This document shows, piece after piece, positions 6,654-14,450 of a DNA stretch of 64,000 nt. Where the stretch lies: the IMG/VR virus record IMGVR_UViG_3300027533_000015, positions 19,433-83,432 of that record, one strand, 5' to 3'. Within the stretch, counting starts at the first letter, position 1, and every line of letters begins with the position of its first letter. The DNA is from a virus. Its lineage: Duplodnaviria > Caudoviricetes. Under the pieces are notes generated by a model that saw only the letters and a list, made by a program, of their open reading frames with translations, made no database searches and had not been told where the DNA came from. A program made the position numbers and the translations under genes.

Positions 6654-7691
6654 ATGCCAGCAACCTTCAAGATATTCTTCGGTAATATTCCTCCTGTTGC
6701 TGGTGGCACTACTTACAATGAAGACATTACAGAAACCATTGCGCTTACTGATGCTCCTGCTGCCCCTCTTGGTGGCTCTACATATAATGTATCTGTGTCT
6801 GAAGTTCTTTCTCTTGCTGATTCTCCTTCTGCCACTATCATTTTTATCACTGTATCTGTTACTGAAGCTATGGCTCTTAGTGATACTCCTTCTGTTACCA
6901 TCACTATTGCCACTGTTTCAATTACTGAAGCCCTCTCCCTGACTGATGCCATTACTCCTACACAGGTGATGTCCTCCTCTATCCTTGAAGCTATGGCCCT
7001 CATTGATGAGATAGTTGGACTCACTGGAAGTGTACCTGCCATAATAGATGAGACCATGACTCTGGCTGATCTCCTCAGCTCATCTCTTATCACTTCAGCC
7101 TCAATCACAGAAGCACTTGCTCTGGCAGATGCTCCCTTCAGTTCTCTTATCAGTGACAGAGCTATCAATGAAGCTCTCTCCCTCTCAGATGCTCCATCAG
7201 CTTCAGGAGCATTCTCAGCCATTATATCAGAGCTGATGGGCCTCACTGATACTATCATTTCCACTAATGTTTACTTAGTCAATATCACTGAACCTCTGAC
7301 TCTCAATGATAACTATCTCTCTTCTTCTGCTTATCTCATGGTGATAGCTGAGACAATGACTCTTGCTACTCAGCAAACCAGTAGGATGACTTACTTAGCT
7401 CCTCTTGCAGAAGCTCTTACTCTCAGTGATAGTCCTTCTTCTTCTATGTCATTTCTCAGTACTATCATTGAAGCTCTTACACTCTCAGATCTGATATCCT
7501 CTCAGTCTGCTATCATTGCTTCCATTAATGAAGCCCTCGCCTTAACCACTACCCAATCAGGTACAGGTTCATACACTATTGTTTTGCTTGAAGCCATGAA
7601 TCTACAGGATTACTCCAGTCCACCAGCTAAGATGAAATTCTGGAATGGAGTAGCGTGGCAGGACATTGATATTTTGGTTGTAAAGACCTAA
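6654..7691 (+). CDS. repeat-rich fibre-like protein (~15 repeats of ~20 aa)
   Basis: Repeat (I/V)xE(A/T)(L/M)xLxD; C-terminal KFWNGVAW fibre motif. Confidence 0.75.
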   Translation: MPATFKIFFGNIPPVAGGTTYNEDITETIALTDAPAAPLGGSTYNVSVSEVLSLADSPSATIIFITVSVTEAMALSDTPSVTITIATVSITEALSLTDAITPTQVMSSSILEAMALIDEIVGLTGSVPAIIDETMTLADLLSSSLITSASITEALALADAPFSSLISDRAINEALSLSDAPSASGAFSAIISELMGLTDTIISTNVYLVNITEPLTLNDNYLSSSAYLMVIAETMTLATQQTSRMTYLAPLAEALTLSDSPSSSMSFLSTIIEALTLSDLISSQSAIIASINEALALTTTQSGTGSYTIVLLEAMNLQDYSSPPAKMKFWNGVAWQDIDILVVKT

Positions 7692-7796
7692 TGAGCTATC
7701 TTTAATATGCACTTGGGTAGTGTGTACCCCAGGTTGTAGAAACTTTTGCATATTTTTTTTGTTTTTTGTATTACGGCTTTGTCTTTGATTGAGATG

Positions 7797-7827
7797 AAAA
7801 CCCTATTATTCCTAATAGGGTTTTTTT
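7797..7827 (+). terminator. intrinsic terminator, possibly bidirectional
   Basis: AAAACCCTATTA-ttcc-TAATAGGGTTTTTTT. Confidence 0.8.
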
Positions 7828-7895
7828 ACGGTACATAAATTGATTCTTTACAGTACCATCCTTTTCACTTAAGAACGTCATCAAATGAAACTAAC

Positions 7896-8075
7896 ATGAG
7901 TATAATCCTATTGTTTCTGATTGTGGTATTATTCGCTGTTTTGTTCTGGGCCAATAATACTTATGTAACCCCCGGAATCCCAAGAATAGCAATCAATATC
8001 CTGTTGATCATTATAGGGATATTATACCTGCTTCATATCATGGGAGTGAATACAGGGGTAAACTTCAAGACTTAG
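7896..8075 (+). CDS. 59-aa two-TM membrane protein (Thivi_2564-like pattern), absent from the ORF track
   Basis: MSIILLFLIVVLFAVLFWANNTYVTPGIPRIAINILLIIIGILYLLHIMGVNTGVNFKT*. Confidence 0.7.
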   Translation: MSIILLFLIVVLFAVLFWANNTYVTPGIPRIAINILLIIIGILYLLHIMGVNTGVNFKT

Positions 8076-8111
8076 GTATAGTAACTTTTTCTTTTGTACC
8101 CATCTCCTAAT

Positions 8112-8142
8112 AATCCCTGATAAAGAGTCATTATCAGGGATT
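8112..8142. terminator. 12-bp hairpin downstream of the membrane-protein gene
   Basis: AATCCCTGATAA-agagtca-TTATCAGGGATT; no clear U tract. Confidence 0.45.
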
Positions 8143-8173
8143 CCTATTATAAATCTGACAATACATAAATTTA

Positions 8174-8204
8174 TTTGGAAATTACATTTTAGTATGTAAT
8201 TTTG
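8174..8204 (+). promoter_or_regulatory. Bacteroidota sigma-A promoter
   Basis: TTTG-N19-TAATTTTG, an exact match to the -33/-7 consensus, upstream of the packaging/structural operon. Confidence 0.75.
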
Positions 8205-8374
8205 CATCAGACTTAAGTAAGATTTTTACATACTAAAATTAAAACTATGAGTATGTTTAAGTTGGATGAGGTGAGTTTCAGCACTTAGCAATGAGACTAA
8301 GCAAAGAAGTTACAAGTGCTTAGTGCTGATATTCCCCAAACTCTTCCCCTCTCGACATTAAAGTAACACACATT

Positions 8375-8596
8375 ATGCCTATTGAGACAGAACTTACAGG
8401 GGAGCAAGCAGTAGAAATAACCAATAGGATTGGAATTAGCAGGATGGTCTTCGATAACCAGTCCTGCTTTTGTTTTCTAAAGGATGGATCAGCTATTGAA
8501 TTCACCATTGACCTTGACCTGTCCTTATCCAAACATGAATTCAGATTTTTTCATAAGGTCTTCTTACCATTAGACAATAAGCCAGTAATGCCATGA
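8375..8596 (+). CDS. hypothetical protein (73 aa)
   Basis: ORF coupled to the next gene by ATGA overlap. Confidence 0.6.
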   Translation: MPIETELTGEQAVEITNRIGISRMVFDNQSCFCFLKDGSAIEFTIDLDLSLSKHEFRFFHKVFLPLDNKPVMP

Positions 8597-8877
8597 TGCC
8601 AAAAGGATTGAATATTCCCATCTTCCATGATAATGAGATTACTATGTCCATGACTGCCAACCATGAGGGATACTCTTTACAGATGTGTGATGTCAGGGAG
8701 CTGATGTTCTACCAGATAGATGCAGTGGGAATATTCGTTGACATCAATGATGGGAACAGGGACTATGGAGAGATATACAGCAGTGGTAAGAAGTTCATCA
8801 GTATTATGCCACAGCACCAGCTAATCAACAGGATAGAGAAACATCTCAAGGCACTCATTCCCCTCACCTTATCCTAG
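8593..8877 (+). CDS. hypothetical protein (94 aa)
   Basis: ORF in operon. Confidence 0.7.
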   Translation: MMPKGLNIPIFHDNEITMSMTANHEGYSLQMCDVRELMFYQIDAVGIFVDINDGNRDYGEIYSSGKKFISIMPQHQLINRIEKHLKALIPLTLS

Positions 8878-8895
8878 ACCAATCATATACTACCA

Positions 8896-9285
8896 ATGGA
8901 TCAATACATTAGAAAAACATTAAGACTCTCTACTGATAAATACTATGAGATTCATCTCAATCTCATTAATTGTATTCTCCCCATTAAGATGACTCCAAGG
9001 GAGATAGAGGTCATTGCTGCTTTTATGGCTCTGGAAGGAGACATAGCCACTTACAGGTTTGGGCCTTCAGCCAGGAAAATTGTAATGGCTAAACTTCATC
9101 TTTCTCCGGCAGGATTATCTAACTTTATGAAGTTCTTATTTGACAAAGGAGTGTTGGAAAGGCAAGGGGATATGATAAAAATATACCCCTTGCTTATTCC
9201 TAATGTAGATGAACAGAAATATCTGTTTAAATTAGTGAATCTCAGTACTATCACTGTCTCACAAAACAATAATAACCATGAGTAA
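8896..9285 (+). CDS. winged-helix/HTH DNA-binding protein
   Basis: MTPREIEVI...ARKIVMAKLHLSPAGLSNFMKFLFDKGVL pattern. Confidence 0.65.
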   Translation: MDQYIRKTLRLSTDKYYEIHLNLINCILPIKMTPREIEVIAAFMALEGDIATYRFGPSARKIVMAKLHLSPAGLSNFMKFLFDKGVLERQGDMIKIYPLLIPNVDEQKYLFKLVNLSTITVSQNNNNHE

Positions 9286-9514
9286 GACACAACTGAATAA
9301 TGTCCAGAATAATCCTATAGACCCCATCATGAAAAGGCCCATGAAGCCTCATGAATACTATAACCTGCATGTAAGACAGGAAGGACAACCAGTTATCACT
9401 GAAGCTGAATTTAATGCCGGCCTCCATAAAGAGGCTGCTTTTGTTGAGGGATTGGATAAGATAGAAGCTGATTTCAATAAGGCTATGGAAATCCTCACTA
9501 AAAAATACAGGTAA
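9278..9514 (+). CDS. hypothetical protein (78 aa)
   Basis: Overlapping ORF in operon. Confidence 0.6.
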   Translation: MSKTQLNNVQNNPIDPIMKRPMKPHEYYNLHVRQEGQPVITEAEFNAGLHKEAAFVEGLDKIEADFNKAMEILTKKYR

Positions 9515-9515
9515 T

Positions 9516-9878
9516 ATGCCCATCTTAACACAGGATCAGGCTATTGAACAGTACTATGAATCAGTAAAAGACCAGTACCCTGACATAGACTTCCAGACCT
9601 TCTCAACTATGTGCAGGACTCCTTCTGAGTTTATCAAGCACTGCATAAGACAGGATAATATTCCTATCATTCATGTCAAGTACCTTGGTAAGATAAGGAC
9701 TTACAGGACAAGGCTTAAAAAGATCATGGGCATATACACAAAAAGGTTATCACTCAATAAGGATACTCCGGAAATAAGACAGGCTTACATAGATACTATT
9801 GATTATTTACGCAGGTACATGAAACACCTTGATGAGTATGACAAAAAAGAGATTAACGAAGAGCAGGAATCTGGTTGA
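9516..9878 (+). CDS. HU/IHF-like protein
   Basis: Two helices followed by IIHVKYLGKI, resembling the HU/IHF strand motif; IHF-like genes occur in crAss structural blocks. Confidence 0.5.
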   Translation: MPILTQDQAIEQYYESVKDQYPDIDFQTFSTMCRTPSEFIKHCIRQDNIPIIHVKYLGKIRTYRTRLKKIMGIYTKRLSLNKDTPEIRQAYIDTIDYLRRYMKHLDEYDKKEINEEQESG

Positions 9879-10248
9879 CATCTGGCATTACTTCCTTGGT
9901 TACTATAGATACTGGATATTCTATAATAATAAACTCAGGTGGATGATGAGAAATCACATCCATGAGCAGATACAGTACAGGATAAGATGGATGGATGTTG
10001 ATTGCTATTCTGAAGGTTCCTGTAAGTTATGTGGCTGTGCTACCACAGCTTTACAGATGGCAAACAAATCCTGTGACAAACCCTGCTATCCTCCTATGAT
10101 GAATGCTGACCAGTGGAGAAGATTCAGTGTCAATCAGTCAGTGGTGTGCATCAATGAACAGTGTTGGGAGCAGGAATATCAGCAGTTTGGAAAACCTAAA
10201 TTATTAAACGATAAATCTAAGGTGCATGTTACTGAGAAATTCTATTGA
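9829..10248 (+). CDS. Cys-rich (zinc-binding-like) protein
   Basis: CYSEGSCKLCGC...KSCDKPCYP. Confidence 0.65.
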   Translation: MMSMTKKRLTKSRNLVDIWHYFLGYYRYWIFYNNKLRWMMRNHIHEQIQYRIRWMDVDCYSEGSCKLCGCATTALQMANKSCDKPCYPPMMNADQWRRFSVNQSVVCINEQCWEQEYQQFGKPKLLNDKSKVHVTEKFY

Positions 10249-10528
10249 TCTTGGCCATGTAAGAGCAGGGCAGACTATCCATGTGAAATTTCCCTATGAC
10301 TACATGGGTGAAATCCTTGATGTAAAGAGCACCTGTGATTGTGCCACTGTTTACAATGATACAGCCAGTCATGAAATTGTTATCACTTACAAGCCCAACT
10401 CTGTACCCAAGCAACTCATTGTACAAGGATGGTACAAAGCCAATAAGACTGTCACTATCCAGTACACTTCTCAGGATGGAACAACAGTGACAGAGGAACT
10501 GAAGTTCACAGCAAGGGTAGGAAGATAA
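10226..10528 (+). CDS. DUF1573-like Ig-fold protein
   Basis: IDLGHV...VKFPY...ILDVKSTCDCATV matches the DUF1573 CxC pattern. Confidence 0.6.
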   Translation: MLLRNSIDLGHVRAGQTIHVKFPYDYMGEILDVKSTCDCATVYNDTASHEIVITYKPNSVPKQLIVQGWYKANKTVTIQYTSQDGTTVTEELKFTARVGR

Positions 10529-10538
10529 ACATATACAC

Positions 10539-11090
10539 ATGAAAATACTCAGGATCATTAAGTCTTTGTTCAGGGCAGCAGCTCCCATTAACACCCTCAC
10601 TACCACTACCAAGGAACCTGAGCTGGAAACACTGCAGGCCAAAGTAATGGAGACCAACTTCTTCATCAGGAAGAACAACTTAGTGGAGGAGTTTGCTTAC
10701 ATTCCTACTCCTGTCTACTCTGCTAACTTTGAGAACCCACAGATCATAGGATGGTTACAGGCTGATGGAAGCATTATTAATAACCAGCCCTTACTTGGTT
10801 CACTTATAAAAGAGGAGTACAAGGGATATATGCTTATGGCTGATACAATCAGTGAGATGAAAATGCAGAAGCTCTATATTGATTATGGTGATACAGATGG
10901 TCTTCTCACTATTGAAAAGTATCATGAAGAACAGAAGTTCAAGGAAGCCACTCATGAAGAGTTATTGGCAGATGATGTGGATTTGCTTGAGAATAAGATG
11001 CTGCCACCAGCCCAACCTAACACTACTGTACCTTATACAGATGGATTAGATAACACAATTAAACAGACTACAGGATGCTTTGGGAAATAG
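10539..11090 (+). CDS. hypothetical protein (183 aa)
   Basis: ORF in operon. Confidence 0.65.
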   Translation: MKILRIIKSLFRAAAPINTLTTTTKEPELETLQAKVMETNFFIRKNNLVEEFAYIPTPVYSANFENPQIIGWLQADGSIINNQPLLGSLIKEEYKGYMLMADTISEMKMQKLYIDYGDTDGLLTIEKYHEEQKFKEATHEELLADDVDLLENKMLPPAQPNTTVPYTDGLDNTIKQTTGCFGK

Positions 11091-11623
11091 TTAATGGAGT
11101 GCTCATAGTCAGTGAACATGCACTGATGATAGAACCCTTCTCTTCCATTTGGGAAGCTGATAAGAGTGAAGGTCATTCAAGGGCAAGGCAGTTATTCAAA
11201 TATGTGGAACTGGTATGCTCACCTAAGAAATCCAATCCCTACTTTGGATACAGTGAGGAAGACAGGCCAGCTAAAGTAAAGAAGGAGGTTTATAAAGATG
11301 AACACTATCCTGACACTGACTTCATGATCCAGTGCATTGATAAGTACAAGGAGTTGCTGGATGACTACTCTCCTTCCTATGGTCTGCTCACCTCCGGCTT
11401 AGTGGCCTCTGAGAAATTGAAGAACTATTTTAATACCTTTAACTTTAGTGAGAGAACAAGGACAGGAATGATGATCATCAAGCCTAAAGAAGTGGCAGCA
11501 GCTCTGAAAGAACTGCCTGATGTGGCTAAAGGAGTGGAAATAGCAAGAAGCAAGGTCAACTTTGAACTGGTAGAAGAGTCAAGGACTCGTAACTCAAGAA
11601 AGATAGGTCAGTATGAGAGATAA
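11075..11623 (+). CDS. crAss-like protein upstream of terminase (candidate small terminase subunit)
   Basis: Helical 182-aa protein; position near terL; TerS role is inference. Confidence 0.55.
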   Translation: MLWEIVNGVLIVSEHALMIEPFSSIWEADKSEGHSRARQLFKYVELVCSPKKSNPYFGYSEEDRPAKVKKEVYKDEHYPDTDFMIQCIDKYKELLDDYSPSYGLLTSGLVASEKLKNYFNTFNFSERTRTGMMIIKPKEVAAALKELPDVAKGVEIARSKVNFELVEESRTRNSRKIGQYER

Positions 11624-11634
11624 TCACCTAACAT

Positions 11635-11709
11635 GTCCAGTTGGCTGAGGGGCTAAAGCACAGGTCTGCAAAACCTGGGACACTGGTTCAAATCCAGTAC
11701 TGGACTCCA
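11635..11709 (+). tRNA. trnC: tRNA-Cys (GCA)
   Basis: Acceptor GTCCAGT/ACTGGAC, anticodon arm CAGGT-ctGCAaa-ACCTG, T arm ACTGG-ttcaaat-CCAGT, U73 discriminator, encoded CCA. Confidence 0.95.
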
Positions 11710-11726
11710 ACCTAAAAACATATACT

Positions 11727-12131
11727 ATGTCACACACAGAAGAATTAACAGATGAAGGCAGGCAAATGTGGGAGAACATTGCCAATTATGAAAAGTTGAT
11801 AAGCAGTAAGTATGTCACTCCAACTGAGAAGAAGGTAAGGACAAAACTAAACATCTTTGAAATTCAACTTCTCTTCATGAGGGATGAGATCAGGAGGATG
11901 ATCATTAACTCAACAAGAGTGGTAAGGGACTGTGATGATATCATCAGCACCTACACCTCAAAGGAAGAGTACATAAGCAGTGATGCTAAAGTAGCAAAAC
12001 AGATCCACCTCAATCTCATAGTAAGGCTTAACAGGCTGCTTGAGTATGAGAGTGTCTTTGATGAACATATTGAATTGACACCAGACAGGGAGATTAATAC
12101 TTTATTTTATGACAGCTTTAAAAACAGGTAG
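11727..12131 (+). CDS. hypothetical protein (134 aa)
   Basis: ORF between the tRNA and terL. Confidence 0.7.
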   Translation: MSHTEELTDEGRQMWENIANYEKLISSKYVTPTEKKVRTKLNIFEIQLLFMRDEIRRMIINSTRVVRDCDDIISTYTSKEEYISSDAKVAKQIHLNLIVRLNRLLEYESVFDEHIELTPDREINTLFYDSFKNR

Positions 12132-12134
12132 CCA

Positions 12135-14450
12135 GTGAGCACAAGGTTTATAACCAATCAGGTCAGGAATGAACAGGGAGTATGGTTAAACACACAGGTA
12201 TTCAGGGAGGAGGCCATTGGCTTCAGGAAGAATGGATACTATTGTACTGACCCTGAAGGCTCACACCAGTACACAGAGTACTGGGATACTATGCTGGACA
12301 GGTGCATCAATGGATACAGTAGTGGTGGGGTGAAGATAACACAACACCACTATTTTTATTTGAACTTCACACAGATCAAGATAGCAGAGGAGAAGGGAGG
12401 TAAGATAGCAATCAAGGAAGTGAAAGCTCCTGATTTCTGGGATGGGGACTTTGCATTTTTCTGGGCCATTGAGATAGCAAAAAATGGCCTGTTCACTGAT
12501 GAGGCTTTAGCTCCTTCCACTAAGGAACAGAGAGCTGAGTACTGGAGACTTGAAGCTGAGAGGGTGAGAATTAGTAATGCTCTTGAAATAAATGATACAA
12601 CCAATTTCCAGTATGTTGACCCTGATGGTGTACTTAAAAAGAACTCTGATCTCAGAACTATCCTTGAGGAGAAAGTTCTTAAAAGTCTTGCTCTTCCTTT
12701 TACCATTGAAGTTGATTGGAGGGATGGAGGACATCACATTATCATTGGTAAATCCCGTAGAAAAGGTTACTCCTATAAAAACGGAGCTATCTGTGCCAAT
12801 GTCTACAACACTATTCGCAAGTCTCAGACTATCATTGGGGCTTTTGACAAAAAATACCTGTACCCTGCTGGTACAATGGGTATGGCTTCTGAATATCTAT
12901 CCTTCCTCAATGACAAAACAGCTTGGGGAAAGGCAAGGGAATATGTTGATAAGGCAGAACATAAGAGGGCCTCCTTCAGGGAAATGAATGCACAGGGTAT
13001 GCCAGTGGAAGCAGGCTATATGTCAGAGATAATGGCAATAACATTTGCAGATAATCCTGAAGCAGCCAGAGGTAAAGACCCCAAGGTAGTTCTGTTTGAA
13101 GAGTCAGGAGCTTTCCCTAATCTTAAGGAGAGCTTCAGGAAAACCTCACCAAGCCTGTCAGCAGGTAAATACATTACAGGACAGATCATCATCTTTGGTA
13201 CAGGTGGTGATATGGAATCAGGCACAGCAGACTATGCAGATATGTTCTATCATCCCAAGGAAGATAACCTCATGCCATTTGTCAATGTATGGGATGAGGA
13301 TGCAGAGAATTCCTGTTGTGGCTTCTTCCATCCTGTTACATGGAACATGGAAGGCTACTATGATGAACAGGGAAACAGTGATATCATAGGAGCAACCAAG
13401 GAAGAGAAAACAGTAAGGGCAAAGATCATTGCCAATGCATCTGACTCTGGCTCTATCCAGCAAAGAGTACAGGAGCATCCTTTCAATCCAATGGAGGCAT
13501 TCTTAATGGTCTCCATGAATGACTTCCCTGTAATTGAACTGCGTAATCAATATAACAGGGTGATGAGAGAGAACCTGCATCTCAAATATGGGCAGGCATG
13601 CTTTCTTGAAAGAAGGGAAGTCAATCAACCAGATACCTATACAGATGATGGACATAAAATCCCCGGTAAGAAATACATCATCAAGGCAACACCTGATCTG
13701 GATGGATACCTGCAGCCACTCTGGGATTACAAACCAAAGACCAAAGACCTTAAAGGCTCTGTTGTCATCTATGAATACCCAATTCCCAATGCTCCCAGAG
13801 GCTTATATAAGATGGGCTTTGACCCCTATAGGCAAGATCAGTCAACCTCTGTTCTCCCCTCACTTGGCAGCATCTATGTTTACAAAGCAAATCATAAGTT
13901 CAGTTATAGCTCCAACAGGATAGTAGCACAGTACATAGGCAGACCTTATGATCCTGATGATGTGAACAGGATATGTGAAATGTTAGCAGAGCTTTATGGA
14001 GCAGAGATCATGCATGAGAATGAGGTCACTCATGTTAAAAAATACTTTGAACGTAGAAAAAAGTTACATTTGCTTGCTGCTCAGCCTGATGGTGTTATCT
14101 CTAAAGCTATCAACAATTCCAAGGTAGCAAGAGTCTATGGTGTTCACATGGCAGAGAAACTCAAAGATGCAGGAGAGAAATACATTAAGCAGTGGTTATT
14201 AGATATACGTGATTATGATGAGAATGGTTATGCAGTTCTTAACCTTGAAACTATTTATGATCCTGCATTGCTTGAAGAGTTGATCTTCTACAACAGACAA
14301 GGTAACTTTGATAGGGTGATGTCCTTCATGATGGTCATGTTCCAGATAGCAGAAGAAGAAGAGAACAAGGTACATGGTGAGAATAATGGCTCATCCAATG
14401 CTCATGACTTACTTGAAATGATGAAGAAACAATTTAAACATTCAGCCTGA
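12135..14450 (+). CDS. terL: terminase large subunit
   Basis: Walker A GKSRRKGYSY, Walker B VVLFEESG, FGTGG motif, nuclease motifs MGFDPY and FDRVMS; GTG start. Confidence 0.95.
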   Translation: MSTRFITNQVRNEQGVWLNTQVFREEAIGFRKNGYYCTDPEGSHQYTEYWDTMLDRCINGYSSGGVKITQHHYFYLNFTQIKIAEEKGGKIAIKEVKAPDFWDGDFAFFWAIEIAKNGLFTDEALAPSTKEQRAEYWRLEAERVRISNALEINDTTNFQYVDPDGVLKKNSDLRTILEEKVLKSLALPFTIEVDWRDGGHHIIIGKSRRKGYSYKNGAICANVYNTIRKSQTIIGAFDKKYLYPAGTMGMASEYLSFLNDKTAWGKAREYVDKAEHKRASFREMNAQGMPVEAGYMSEIMAITFADNPEAARGKDPKVVLFEESGAFPNLKESFRKTSPSLSAGKYITGQIIIFGTGGDMESGTADYADMFYHPKEDNLMPFVNVWDEDAENSCCGFFHPVTWNMEGYYDEQGNSDIIGATKEEKTVRAKIIANASDSGSIQQRVQEHPFNPMEAFLMVSMNDFPVIELRNQYNRVMRENLHLKYGQACFLERREVNQPDTYTDDGHKIPGKKYIIKATPDLDGYLQPLWDYKPKTKDLKGSVVIYEYPIPNAPRGLYKMGFDPYRQDQSTSVLPSLGSIYVYKANHKFSYSSNRIVAQYIGRPYDPDDVNRICEMLAELYGAEIMHENEVTHVKKYFERRKKLHLLAAQPDGVISKAINNSKVARVYGVHMAEKLKDAGEKYIKQWLLDIRDYDENGYAVLNLETIYDPALLEELIFYNRQGNFDRVMSFMMVMFQIAEEEENKVHGENNGSSNAHDLLEMMKKQFKHSA

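Noticed and set aside
12480-12720. Intein or intron in the terminase N-terminal region
   Set aside because: The apparent ~80-aa insertion is in frame and lacks intein C/S...HN termini and homing-endonuclease motifs.
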